DNA from: an uncultured Gammaproteobacteria bacterium
Lineage (GTDB): Bacteria > Pseudomonadota > Gammaproteobacteria > JAURND01
Length of the DNA: 64,000 nt
Assembly (NCBI GenBank): GCA_963714975.1
Contig: CAVQQD010000001.1
Span: 32,001-96,000, forward strand
Direction of reading: 5' to 3'
Position 1 is the first letter of the stretch, and each line of letters starts with the position of its first letter. Both the position numbers and the translations under genes were made by a program. The notes below the pieces were generated by a model. That model did no database searches. It worked only from the letters and a program-made list of their open reading frames with translations, and was not told the origin of the DNA. Shown piece by piece: positions 1 to 10,050 of this stretch.

Positions 1-4
1 GTCT

Positions 5-367
5 TCACTTCTTCCTCCACCTGCCCGTAGAAGGCGCGCCGTTGTTCAGTGCCCGCAGCAGGCGCTGCTCCTCGACATGCTGCAAGGCTCGCTTTAAAAA
101 ATCGATTTCCATAGCCTGTTGGCCGACCTTCCGTTCCAGTTCGGCCACCCGGCTCTCCTCGGCGCGCTTCTTGCCCACACCGCTGAAGGCGTGCTCGCCG
201 TGCTCGTGCAGTTCCCGGCGCCAGCGGTGCAGTTCGCTTGGATTCACTTCCAACGCGCGGGCCACCTCGGCGATGCTCTGTCCACTGTTCAGCCGGCGTA
301 CCGCCGTCTGTTTGAACTCCTTGGTGAATTTTCTTCGAGATTTCATTTTTCCGGTTTCCCCATTCAA
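5..367 (-). CDS. IS3-family transposase OrfA (element runs off the window start)
   Basis: RRKFTKEFKQTAV...SIAEVARALEVNPSELHRW...ELERKVGQQAMEIDFLKRA is the HTH_Tnp_1 plus leucine-zipper pattern. Confidence 0.9.
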   Translation of the reverse strand: MNGETGKMKSRRKFTKEFKQTAVRRLNSGQSIAEVARALEVNPSELHRWRRELHEHGEHAFSGVGKKRAEESRVAELERKVGQQAMEIDFLKRALQHVEEQRLLRALNNGAPSTGRWRKK

Positions 368-389
368 TGATTTTTATGGGTTAACTGGT

Positions 390-414
390 TGTCTCAAAAA
401 TGGGGTCCACTCCA
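390..414 (-). repeat. IS3 left terminal inverted repeat
   Basis: Minus strand TGGAGTGGACCCCATTTTTGAGACA, a TG-starting IS3-type end just upstream of orfA; the partner end is outside the window. Confidence 0.7.
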
Positions 415-519
415 CCGAGCCGACCTTAGTTCTATGCTTATGATGGTTGAACCTATCGGGAGCGCTTAAGTTCGGGTCCCCCGTTTCAGACGCTAGACTG
501 ACTTAAGAAGCACGGAGAA

Positions 520-1376
520 ATGTCGATGAAATTTGTGAGAACAGCTATGCTTTTCACCTTGTTGTCGATGGTGGCCTGGGCCCAGGTCAATATAGGCGAA
601 CAGACGCCTGAAGCGAGCGTACCATTCATCATGACCACGGTCACCACCTTTAAACTGCCCTGGCGGCTGGCCTTCCTGCCCGATGGGCGGATGCTGATCA
701 CGGAAAAGCCCGGGGGGCTTTGGCGGTCACGCAACAGGGACAGAAGACGCAGGTGAGCAATGCGCCGGCGGTCTACTGGCAGGGGCAGAGCGGCATGCAT
801 GGTGTTTTTCTCTCGCCGCATTACGCCACCGATCATAATGTCTATCTCACCTATGCGGCGCCGGGCGATTACGGCGGAGGGCTGGCGTTGGCGCGCGCGA
901 AGCTGAATCTCACCGCCGCGCCGCCGGCGCTCGAAAACTTCGAGGTGCTGTGGCGGCAGATGCCGACGGGCAAAGGCGGCCAGGAGGGCGCGCAGGTCGC
1001 GTTCTCGCCGGATGGACGGTATCTGTTCCTCACGGTTGGCGACCGTCAGCGGTTCACTCCCGCTCAGGATCCGAATCAACCGGAAGGTAAGATTTTGCGG
1101 CTGACGCTCGATGGTAAGCCGGCAGCCGGCAATCCGAACTACGGCAAAACGGGCGCAGCCACCGTTCCCCTGATCGATCCGCCTCGAGATACGGAAGCGG
1201 CCAAGACCGCGAAGGTGGTCAGCAACTATACGTTTTCCGGTCCGAACCTGACGCCGGCTGAGACCTGGGCGAGCGGGGTCCGGACGCCGTACGGTCTGGC
1301 GTTTTCGCCGACGGGCGAATTGTGGGAGGTGGAACATGGTCCGCGCGGAGGGGATGAGTTGAACCTAGTTGATTGA
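520..1376 (+). pseudogene. PQQ-dependent sugar (glucose/sorbosone) dehydrogenase, frameshift near 715, 3'-truncated
   Basis: Signal peptide; PWRLAFLPDGRMLITEKPG, GKILRLTLDG, GVRTPYGLAF, VEHGPRGGDELN motifs; ends at the GC-to-AT junction. Confidence 0.88.
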
Positions 1377-1722
1377 TTTGTACCCTAATGCGCTCCACCA
1401 GTTTATCTAATCCCTCATCTTGCTCTCCTTGAGTCAGATTAAAATGACGCACACAGTCCAATTGTTGAGAAATTTCAATTTCAGTACGGCACTGAATAAT
1501 TCTGTTTAGGACTTTAGCAATAAATTTTTTATTTCTAGTATCTGTTTCATGATCGTGAAGATAATAATCCATGAAACACCCGATAATATAATTTTTCATC
1601 ACAGCCAGTGTGGGGTGTTCTGTGATGGGTCCCCGATTCTCTGGGTAGAGATCCTTATTTTCCCTTTGATCCGTTTGGCTAGCTTCATAGTCATGTAGTT
1701 TCATAAAGTATTCTCCTATCAT
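1377..1722 (-). CDS. Hypothetical protein, cut at the junction
   Basis: AT-rich ORF that reads through into the GC-rich segment. Confidence 0.4.
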
Positions 1723-1910
1723 TGGGGTTGATGGAATATTAGGGAACCTAACTACCCTAAACAGGTCTTTACTCTAGAATAATTGAGGGCAAAAAAATGT
1801 CCCGTGAACACCGGACTTCTCTTCGCATGGGGTCAGCATTATAATGATTGCCATTGCTAGCTTCTCTTAGCCATAACGCTTATTGGGCAACCTACGCAGG
1901 AGGATCTGTC

Positions 1911-2444
1911 ATGAATAACAACTTATTATCCATCGGCGTTGAAACCTTAGTAAATTTACCCTGTTATGTTTTTTGGAAAGATAAGCAAGGGGTGTACCTA
2001 GGATATAATGACTTCGGAGCGATCAATTTGGGTTATAAAAATGGTCAGGAAATCATTGGAAAAACAGATTTTGAGCTTTTCCCAAAATCTATCGCCAAAA
2101 TTTTTAGGGGGAATGACGACGCGGTGTGTACCGAAGAAAAACCTGTATGTGTCCCCGAAAAAGGCGTGCTTAAAAATAATTATTCCGTGGTATTTTTGAG
2201 TTATAAGATGCCACTTTATGACCCCAACTTTCAATTGATAGGTATAGCTGGAGTCGCTTTTATCCATCCTGCCTGCGACATTCAATGCGCTACCAAAGAA
2301 AACGATGATTCTCTGGCTTCTTCACTATCCAATAAAGAGCGAACCTGCTTGCAGTATTTATGCCAAGGAATGACGCTTAAAATGATTGGAAAAAAATTAG
2401 AAATTTCCCCAAGAACCGTTGAAACCTATTTAGAAAGATTCTAA
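1911..2444 (+). CDS. PAS-domain LuxR-type HTH regulator (C-terminus probably frameshifted)
   Basis: VFWKDKQGVYLG..IIGKTDFELF PAS motif; LSNKERTCL..GMTLKMIGKKLEISPRTVETY HTH. Confidence 0.85.
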   Translation: MNNNLLSIGVETLVNLPCYVFWKDKQGVYLGYNDFGAINLGYKNGQEIIGKTDFELFPKSIAKIFRGNDDAVCTEEKPVCVPEKGVLKNNYSVVFLSYKMPLYDPNFQLIGIAGVAFIHPACDIQCATKENDDSLASSLSNKERTCLQYLCQGMTLKMIGKKLEISPRTVETYLERF

Positions 2445-2518
2445 GATAAAAACCAACACCCACAACAAAGCGCAGCTAATCTCTATGTTCACTAAAACAT
2501 CAAGTCAGCTTGTAGAGG

Positions 2519-2944
2519 CTAAGCAATCGACATAACAGGAGATTCTTGCTGTTCAACACCAGCTTTTTGGGTTCGCTTTTTAGCCTTGCGGGTTGTGCTA
2601 AGTTTTTTGACCCATTGCTTTTCCAATTGCTGCGCCAATTTTTTCTGAGCCTTGAATTTTTTAAAATCAGCTTTCAGAGTTGCAACGCCTGCTTTTAATT
2701 CGGCTAAGTCGTTAGCCATGGTCTTCGCCTTGGGGGATGGCAATCGTTGGCTTTTCGCGGATTTATCTGCCTTAGATAGCTTCAATGACTTGGTCAAGCG
2801 GGCCACTTCTTTTTCAGCGCTTGCAATAGCTTTCGGATAGGCTTTTTCAAGCTTCGAATAACCTGCTTGAATACAAGCCTCCAATTGAGAAATGGGTTGC
2901 CTCCACAAAGAAGTTTTAGAGGAACTCTTCACTTTCTTGACCAT
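2519..2944 (-). CDS. Lys/Ala-rich basic coiled-coil protein, possibly histone-like
   Basis: Very Lys-rich; immediately downstream of HU on the same strand. Confidence 0.55.
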   Translation of the reverse strand: MVKKVKSSSKTSLWRQPISQLEACIQAGYSKLEKAYPKAIASAEKEVARLTKSLKLSKADKSAKSQRLPSPKAKTMANDLAELKAGVATLKADFKKFKAQKKLAQQLEKQWVKKLSTTRKAKKRTQKAGVEQQESPVMSIA

Positions 2945-2974
2945 AGCTGGATTCTCCGACAGGTTTAGGGGGTG

Positions 2975-3289
2975 TTATTTTTTAGCAGCTTTTTTCTTAG
3001 CGGCCGTGGGTTTCTGAGCCATCATCGCCTTAATTTTAGAGCTGACCCGAATATAAGGCAGGGTAGCTTCTGGAATTTGTATGGCTTTCCCGGTGGCTGG
3101 ATTACGACCCGAACGTGCCGCACGTTTCTTGACACCAAAGGTCGCAAACCCGGGAAGTGCCAACACCTCATGCTGCAAGAACACATGTTGTAGCGTATCG
3201 AGCACTACGTCGACCGTGCGCGCGGCTTCAGCTTTAGAAGATTGAAGTTGTTCGGCAATGTGCGCAATAAAATCAGTTTTTTTCATCAA
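2975..3289 (-). CDS. HU family DNA-binding protein with basic tail
   Basis: GFATFGVKKRAARSGRNPATGKAIQIP; tail AAKKKAAKK. Confidence 0.92.
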   Translation of the reverse strand: MMKKTDFIAHIAEQLQSSKAEAARTVDVVLDTLQHVFLQHEVLALPGFATFGVKKRAARSGRNPATGKAIQIPEATLPYIRVSSKIKAMMAQKPTAAKKKAAKK

Positions 3290-3647
3290 AATTTTCCCTC
3301 GCGTTGGTTAAACTTCCCAGTTACAGATTGATCATTGATTGGCGCAAGATAAACTTTTTGAAAAAAATTGTAAAGGACTATTTGGTGAGCTTTCTATATT
3401 ATTTCATGTCCTCATTTTAAGGGAAGCGGTACCCACTTACGCCCTAGCCCCAAGAGGGCCGAGTCTGCCTTTAACTTAATGATATGCGCCATGGTGAGAA
3501 GTGTATTTAAGTTGTATTATGATCAGCCTGGATCCACACACCTCCCAAAAAGGAGACTTGAATTATGAATGAGCCACCCAGTGAGCAAACGGAAAAAGCG
3601 AAAACCTCAAGTGTAGATGAAGATATTGAGGCTGAAGTCCCCCGAGG

Positions 3648-5197
3648 CAATGGCACTACCTTAAGCCACAGAATATTTTAAAATCCTTTTATTTATTTTA
3701 CGTAGCAATTTTTCTTTTTCGATTGCTCTGTTTCTCTTCAAGGCTGGAAATGGTTTCGGTCTTTGCTTGACTAGCCTGGGCTCCACCCTATCTGGTCTAT
3801 TTCCAACTTTGTTTTGCACAATTAATTTTAACATCTCAATATACATTTTATGGTTGCTCACCTGATTTGAGCTTATAAAATAAGGAATAAATTCATTTAG
3901 TAGCTGCACACTTCCCTTAAAGCTTATTTCCCATGGATTAACGCCATACTCATAACAAGCTTTTGCTATAATTATTCTGATAAAATTATATGCTAATAAA
4001 TGAATTCCTATTTCTTTTCTAACCATTTCTGGTGTTTTGCACGATAACATATCCATATTCATGATACTTTTAATACTTCGCAAATTAAGCTCCACCTCCC
4101 ACCTTCGCTTATATATTTGGGCAAGCTCTGCTTTGTGGTATTTTTTGTCTAAAAATGTTGTAACGTATATGTGGCCTGATACTTTAAATTCCCGTATGGA
4201 AATTTGATCGGGGTATGCCTCATATTGCTTTTGTGTCATCCATTCCGGTTTCTGTGGTTTCTCCCAGTTGACAATGTGATCATTTTTACCCAATTTTTGT
4301 CCCATTCTAAAATCATAATTCCTTTGACTTTGTCCGCGAAAAACACCATCAGCTCCTATTTTTTTTAAGTCCGCCATAAGAAAAAAATTGGGGTAATAAC
4401 GGTCACCCAGCACAATATCGTCGGCTTTAATGCAGTTTATAATTTCTCTTAATAATGAGATTTCTCCTGTGCCCTTTCCTTTGTGAGCCCCTATTGCATA
4501 ATCTATTACGGTTCCCCGCGTCAGTGACATAACGGCTACTATTCGCGCCATAGGAAATCCAGCCCCTTTTTTCTGATTACCATGCTGAGGAAATTTTTTT
4601 TGATTAGCTTTTGTATCCGACATTTTGACGGTAGATCCATCAAATGCTTTTAATTCTCGGCCATAGACTTTCCATCTCATTGGAATAGATTTCAAAGGGA
4701 AAGCTCCAGATTCTTTAACTAATGCCTTCACAGTATCTTCAGGCAATCGCTTTCTGGCCTTACAATAGGGGCCAGTATTTGAGCTTATTTTATTCTGCTT
4801 TTTTTTTTTACTATGCAGCTGCTCCACAACAACACCAGCAACCGCTTTTTTGCAGGATTTATCTGGATTTAAAACTTGTTTAATAAACGTAAATAAGGTT
4901 TTGGTGGGGCTATATATCCGGTCACGATATTCCCGGCACTCTCTAAGTATCTTCTGACATTTTTCTGAATTCAATAGGTTTAACAGGAAAATGTCTGGTG
5001 CACCATCAGCCAATTCTTGTCTTTTATTTTTAACTTGCTTAATTTTATTTTTCTTTTTAAAATTCACAGATCAGTTTCCTTTTTTTATTATTGTGTGTTT
5101 GCTACAACAATAATATTAAATTTGGAAACTGATTTCATCTTTTTTCATCTAAATCATAGGCTTATATTCATCTTTGCTCCTTAAGGTAGTGCCATTG
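3648..5197 (-). mobile_element. IS4-family insertion sequence
   Basis: Perfect 18-bp TIRs CAATGGCACTACCTTAAG (3648-3665 and 5180-5197); 11-bp TSD GTCCCCCGAGG (3637-3647 and 5198-5208). Confidence 0.95.
3661..5067 (-). CDS. IS4-family DDE transposase
   Basis: AFDGST, GDRYY, YKRRWEVE (YREK-type) motifs. Confidence 0.93.
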   Translation of the reverse strand: MNFKKKNKIKQVKNKRQELADGAPDIFLLNLLNSEKCQKILRECREYRDRIYSPTKTLFTFIKQVLNPDKSCKKAVAGVVVEQLHSKKKKQNKISSNTGPYCKARKRLPEDTVKALVKESGAFPLKSIPMRWKVYGRELKAFDGSTVKMSDTKANQKKFPQHGNQKKGAGFPMARIVAVMSLTRGTVIDYAIGAHKGKGTGEISLLREIINCIKADDIVLGDRYYPNFFLMADLKKIGADGVFRGQSQRNYDFRMGQKLGKNDHIVNWEKPQKPEWMTQKQYEAYPDQISIREFKVSGHIYVTTFLDKKYHKAELAQIYKRRWEVELNLRSIKSIMNMDMLSCKTPEMVRKEIGIHLLAYNFIRIIIAKACYEYGVNPWEISFKGSVQLLNEFIPYFISSNQVSNHKMYIEMLKLIVQNKVGNRPDRVEPRLVKQRPKPFPALKRNRAIEKEKLLRKINKRILKYSVA

Positions 5198-6171
5198 GTC
5201 CCCCGAGGATGTAAGTGCCCTATTACCAAAGCTATCATGCGTGATCCTGTTGTAGCTGCTGATGGTCATACGTATGAAAAATCTGCAATAGAAGTGTGGT
5301 TTGCAGCTGGCAATAATAAGAGCCCCATGACAAATGAAACTTTAGCGCATAAATTCCTGTTGCCTAATTATAATACTAAGCAAACTATTGCAGAATACTG
5401 TGAGCGTAACAAAATCACTTTACCCCCAATAAAATTTGAGATTCCAAATAAAAATACACAATTACCTTTAGAACAGGACATTCCAACCGTTGAAAAGAAA
5501 AAACCAAAAGAGCCAGAAATTCTTACACCCCCAGTTAAATCGCAGGCGAGAGAAAACGCCACTGGACAAAATGAAAGTAAAAAGCCTAGCTACTCATTTC
5601 GCTGGAATTCCCCCTATTTACTCTATCCAAGCATCATAGGAGGCATTCTTTTAATAGGTTGGGTCCTGACAAGCCGAGGTGGTAGCAAAACAAGTGCTCC
5701 TTTTTCCTGGAAAGAAGCAGCAAGTATGCTGGGAGGTGCCGCATTAGCCACGGGCAGTGCAATCTCATTAATCTTTAAAAACGTGGCAGAAGGGAAACGA
5801 CATAAGACTGGGAATAAAGAAGAAGAAAAACGTGGTTACAGAGAAAATAAACAATTAGGAACAGATATTTTTTTTAAATTTTATGAAAAAGCCGAGATAG
5901 AAGTTTGTAAAAAATATAAAATACACCCCCTGGAAACTGACTCAGAATTAAGATTTCGCTTGGGAAAGGAAAATTATGAGCAATTAATTAAGGTTGAAAC
6001 TAAAAAATTAGTTGAAGAAGAAAATAAATTTCGTAGGAATTTTATGCCACAATTTAGCACGACATAAACAATCAATTTAAAATTAACCATTGATTTAAAG
6101 TTTTTGGCATGATACTTTAAAAAAATACTCAATACCCTCCTCAAACACCAATTATATTAGTAGGAAAAAAA

Positions 6172-6846
6172 ATGACAGAAGAAAATCAAACCCCCAAAAA
6201 TCCAACCTCAGCCACTTCAACCTCACACACGAACATTGTTCAGCTGCTATCTACTCCTTCTGGAACCCCCAATCCTCAGCCGTTTAGTGTAGAACAAACT
6301 CAACTGGGTGGTGGCGCTAAAATAAAAATAGATGGAATTGACTTAAACTTGGGCTATGCTACTTCGGCTACTCATGTGGGTACTTCAGACCCTGCTAAAG
6401 GGCTAGGAAGTTCAAATAATCCTGCATTGAATGAAGTAAAAAAACAACCCAAGGAAGACTCAAGCACGTTCGCTTATATCAAATCAAGCTTAGAAATCAC
6501 TAAACTTGGCACTGGTATTGGCAATGACCTCTCCTCAGCTAGATTTCACTTTATTCAGGCACGAGAAGTTGAACGAGATGGTTATAGAAAAGACAAAAAA
6601 GCTGCTTCTGACCAAGAAGAAGTAACTTACCAAAAAGCATTAAAGCGTATTCATAACGCCTATGCACAAAAAGACGAGGATTTCATTAGCTTTCGGAATC
6701 GAATGGAGCAAGAAGAGCCTGGGAAGTTGGAAAGATTAGTTAAAGCGGAAATAAAGAGTATTAATGAAGCCGTGCAAACCATGGTACATCAAGATGGGAA
6801 AGATTTTAATAAGTCAAGACCATCCACAGCATGTTTAATGATGTAA
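6172..6846 (+). CDS. Hypothetical effector-like protein ending in a CaaX motif (CLMM)
   Basis: Intact ORF with RBS; low-complexity N-terminus; ends STACLMM-stop. Confidence 0.7.
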   Translation: MTEENQTPKNPTSATSTSHTNIVQLLSTPSGTPNPQPFSVEQTQLGGGAKIKIDGIDLNLGYATSATHVGTSDPAKGLGSSNNPALNEVKKQPKEDSSTFAYIKSSLEITKLGTGIGNDLSSARFHFIQAREVERDGYRKDKKAASDQEEVTYQKALKRIHNAYAQKDEDFISFRNRMEQEEPGKLERLVKAEIKSINEAVQTMVHQDGKDFNKSRPSTACLMM

Positions 6847-6911
6847 AACAGATACTTGTAGAAAAGTACTGGTTTAACAAATAAATAGCTATATCGAACA
6901 GTTACAGTAAT

Positions 6912-6956
6912 AAAAAAAAGGCTCCCACCCCGAAGTAATTTTCTTCGGAGTGGGAG
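6912..6956 (-). terminator. Intrinsic terminator
   Basis: CTCCCACCCCGAAG/CTTCGGAGTGGGAG stem with A8 tract on + (U tract on -). Confidence 0.75.
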
Positions 6957-6962
6957 GTGAGT

Positions 6963-7349
6963 TTACCGCTGCAAGGTTTGAACGATCAAGATCGCCGTAG
7001 CCATAACACCTGGTAAAGACGCTAGCAAAAGCCAGCCTGCTTTGAATCCGTAATCCAGAAATCGACTACGTAATTCACTGCGGACTTGCTCTCGCATCCC
7101 CAAGCGTTCTTTCACGGCAGACATATCTTTTTCCAAAGAGGAAAACCGTGAATTCATTCCCGCTTTAAGCTCGGAAATTTCACGGTGCATTTCGGAACGA
7201 AGTCCCGTAATTTCCCGATGCATCTCCTGTTTTAAGCTCATGATCTGCTCGACCACACGAGTAATAGATTTATTCACCGACATATCAATTTTAACCTCGA
7301 TCATTTCAGTTTGCAGTTGAAAAAAAGACTTTGCTGAATCAGGGAACAT
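6963..7349 (-). CDS. Coiled-coil protein with C-terminal TM helix (DUF1640-like)
   Basis: EMHREITGLRSEMHREISEL heptad repeat; hydrophobic C-terminus. Confidence 0.6.
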   Translation of the reverse strand: MFPDSAKSFFQLQTEMIEVKIDMSVNKSITRVVEQIMSLKQEMHREITGLRSEMHREISELKAGMNSRFSSLEKDMSAVKERLGMREQVRSELRSRFLDYGFKAGWLLLASLPGVMATAILIVQTLQR

Positions 7350-7350
7350 A

Positions 7351-7767
7351 TTATACCTTCCCCCTATCAGAAAAGGCAGCACTTTCTCGCAACAACGCTA
7401 GGCAGCGCAAGGATTCGGTATCGAAAGGCATCCAAACGCCATCCCGATACCAAGCCGTAACCGCCTGAAGCTGACAATGCAATCCCAGTATATGCTTAGG
7501 ATCTTCCTCGGCCCGTCCGCTATGGTAAAAGCCAAATTTTTGATACGCGGCTTTAAATAACAATTCTACGGTATGCTGCTTCATCCGCGCTTGGTAGAGC
7601 GGATCGAGAATTGTCAGCAACGCCAAATTGTCGACGGTACACTGCAAGGTCACTTCTTCGAGCTTCCCAGTCAAGCGAATATGCACCACAATCGCTTGTT
7701 GCTGGGTGATCTCAACTAAATGGCCCCGACCCACAAAGCCTAAATTTTGTAACTGGTTCATCAACAT
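7351..7767 (-). CDS. Hypothetical ICE leading-region protein
   Basis: ORF with AAGGAG RBS downstream of ssb. Confidence 0.6.
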   Translation of the reverse strand: MLMNQLQNLGFVGRGHLVEITQQQAIVVHIRLTGKLEEVTLQCTVDNLALLTILDPLYQARMKQHTVELLFKAAYQKFGFYHSGRAEEDPKHILGLHCQLQAVTAWYRDGVWMPFDTESLRCLALLRESAAFSDRGKV

Positions 7768-7844
7768 TTCTCCTTAATAAAATGAAAAAGGGGAAATGTG
7801 AACCCCCGAGGGGAAATCAATTTCCCCTCGATGGGTGGGTTTAA

Positions 7845-8252
7845 CTAGTTCAGAGATTTCGCTTCTGACAATTCAGGACAATCCTGAGTCGCAGCGGCTT
7901 CAATCTCTGTATCCGCTGACGGTCGATGGTTTAAGAGTTGGAACTCTTTGGCATAGACTGCAGTGTCATAACAAGGTTTCGAATTTTTATCCACCCAAGA
8001 GCTGGTTCGCAGCTCTCCGATGACATAAATTCGATTGCCTTTTTTCAGGGTGGTTTGTGCGGCTTTAGCTGATCCGTTACTCAAATAAACCGTATGCCAT
8101 TGGGTATCTTGCTGCGGATGCCCTTGGTTATCGGTATAGTGTCGCGTCGTCGCTAAAGAAAGCCGCGTCAAAGGCCCCTTGATTTTTGTTGCTAGCACCT
8201 CGGGATCTTTGCCTAAACAACCTAATAACATCACTTGATTTAAATACGCCAT
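7845..8252 (-). CDS. ssb: Single-stranded DNA-binding protein
   Basis: LNQVMLLGCLGKDPEV, LSLATT, TQWHTV, LKKGNRIYVIGELRT. Confidence 0.93.
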   Translation of the reverse strand: MAYLNQVMLLGCLGKDPEVLATKIKGPLTRLSLATTRHYTDNQGHPQQDTQWHTVYLSNGSAKAAQTTLKKGNRIYVIGELRTSSWVDKNSKPCYDTAVYAKEFQLLNHRPSADTEIEAAATQDCPELSEAKSLN

Positions 8253-9189
8253 ATTTTCCTCCTAGGAATAAGTTACGAAAAATCCATTGAGGGAAAAATG
8301 TCGACCCACAGGGGGAAGCACATTTTTCCCCGCCTGGGTTGGTTTACCACTAAACACCGAGTCAATTACATTTTGCCTACTCGATGCGCTTTACACGTCG
8401 GGATAAGCCAGCCATCCTCCACGAAGTGCAATTCAGGATGAGAGCCCAAGCTCCCTTGAGACACCACTTTACTCATGAATCGCTGTCAATAATTCAATTC
8501 ACACACCTAGATGGGGCATAAATTCGTGGCCAACTCTGCGGTGAAAACTCGATTTTTTTCCAGGCGACTTGAAAAAAACCAACGAATGGTTTTTGACAAA
8601 CGAAAATCGCTAGTGGAAAAATAATTCAATAGGAAATCACAAAATCAACCTGTTTTTGTGAAGAGACTGCTGAGGGAATGAACACCACTTCGGTGAACAT
8701 GACGCAACACAATCCGAGGATTGCGATCAGTCGTTTCATTGCGGCAAAACTAATCTTCATTGGCTAGTATTTTTAGTCGACTAGCACCACGACTCTACCG
8801 CGTAGGATAACAAAATTAGGCGATAATACAAGTGAAAAATTACAATTTTGTCGGGAGTCATGGACAAAATGGGGATAGCGCTGCTGGACGAAACCGGGAA
8901 AACCTCCTTGTTTTCCCCTTTACCGCCCACAGCCTACTCCCCAATTTGCCCACAACGGTTTTATGTTAGCTACTACCACTAAGGATTATTTATTTTGGTA
9001 TTTTTTTCATGAAAAAATTACCGAATCCTGTCAATAGTTTGGGTCAACGAAATGCAGCAAAACAGGAATGATTTTTTGAGTGACATCACCCTGCTATTTT
9101 GCTATTAATGTCAGAAATTATCGTGACTGCAAATTTCAGTTTTTGCTACGTTTTAATTTTGTCGCAATAACAAAAACAGGATACCTCCT

Positions 9190-9771
9190 ATGGGCACTAC
9201 TACTCAGGAACAAAAAAACCAAACACCTTCCACAGCCCCTTTGACCTCAACACATTCAAGTGCATTACCGCCACTGGTTCGCGCCCCTAGGCTATTACGT
9301 GATGAAGATCATTTTCGGCAAGATAAAGCCTGGCACAAAGCCTTAGCCGATATTAAAGCCTTAGCAATCGAGCGCAAATTAAAGCGAAAAGTGTTTATCA
9401 GTTATGCCTGGCCTCCGGTAGGTAATGAACGAGATCAACTCCAAGCCTGGCTCAAGCGCTTACAAGATTCTTTAGAGCAGGCAGGCTCCGCGTTTTTTTT
9501 GATCTGCGAGATATGCACGGGCATTTAGATACCACTATGCAAAAAAAACTTAGAAGAAAGTGATTTTGTGATGCCCATTCTCACCCCAAAATTTCTTGAG
9601 CGTGCGCAAGACTCTAAAACCAATTGGGCCTTTGAATTTCGTCAAACGCTTGAAAAAGCTAAAGTCAAACCGGAATCGACCATCCTTATTTTGTACTCAA
9701 CACTATACAGCTGTGTAAAGGCTGTTATCCTGCCAAAGACATTGCTAAAGAATATATTTTTCAATATATAA
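9190..9771 (+). pseudogene. TIR-domain protein, frameshifted at homopolymers near 9495 and 9545, truncated
   Basis: KVFISYAW..LQDSLEQAG..FFDLRDM..LEESDFVMPILTPKFLER..NWAFE when the frames are joined. Confidence 0.75.
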
Positions 9772-10050
9772 AAGTATTTTATAATCGGTTTCGTCGCTAT
9801 TGGTTCTGTAGCACCCCAAGTATTTGAGAATCAATGCACAAAGGTCGCATAGTTGTGTCTACCAAAACGGGGTAACGTCAAAATTAGTTCGTCACACTAC
9901 ACCACTGGAAAGACACGAATCGTTAAGTCATCACCACATAACGTTTCATATGTTGCCACGCCAGTTATGTGTTTGATGCATGAAACCTCTATTAATTAAG
10001 CTATTAATAACTTTAAGTAGCACATAAAAAATTTTAATTTTTAATATTCA

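Larger units (their letters stand above)
3565..6067 (+). pseudogene. U-box E3-ligase-like membrane protein (effector-like), split by IS4
   Basis: ATG at 3565 with AGGAG RBS; removing the IS and one TSD restores VPRGCKCPITKAIMRDPVVAADGHTYEKSAIEVWF..SPMTNETL..LLPN in frame; hydrophobic segments follow. Confidence 0.88.

Noticed and set aside
486-1337. 283-aa minus-strand ORF and similar overlapping ORFs in the track
   Set aside because: Shadow frames of recognisable genes on the other strand
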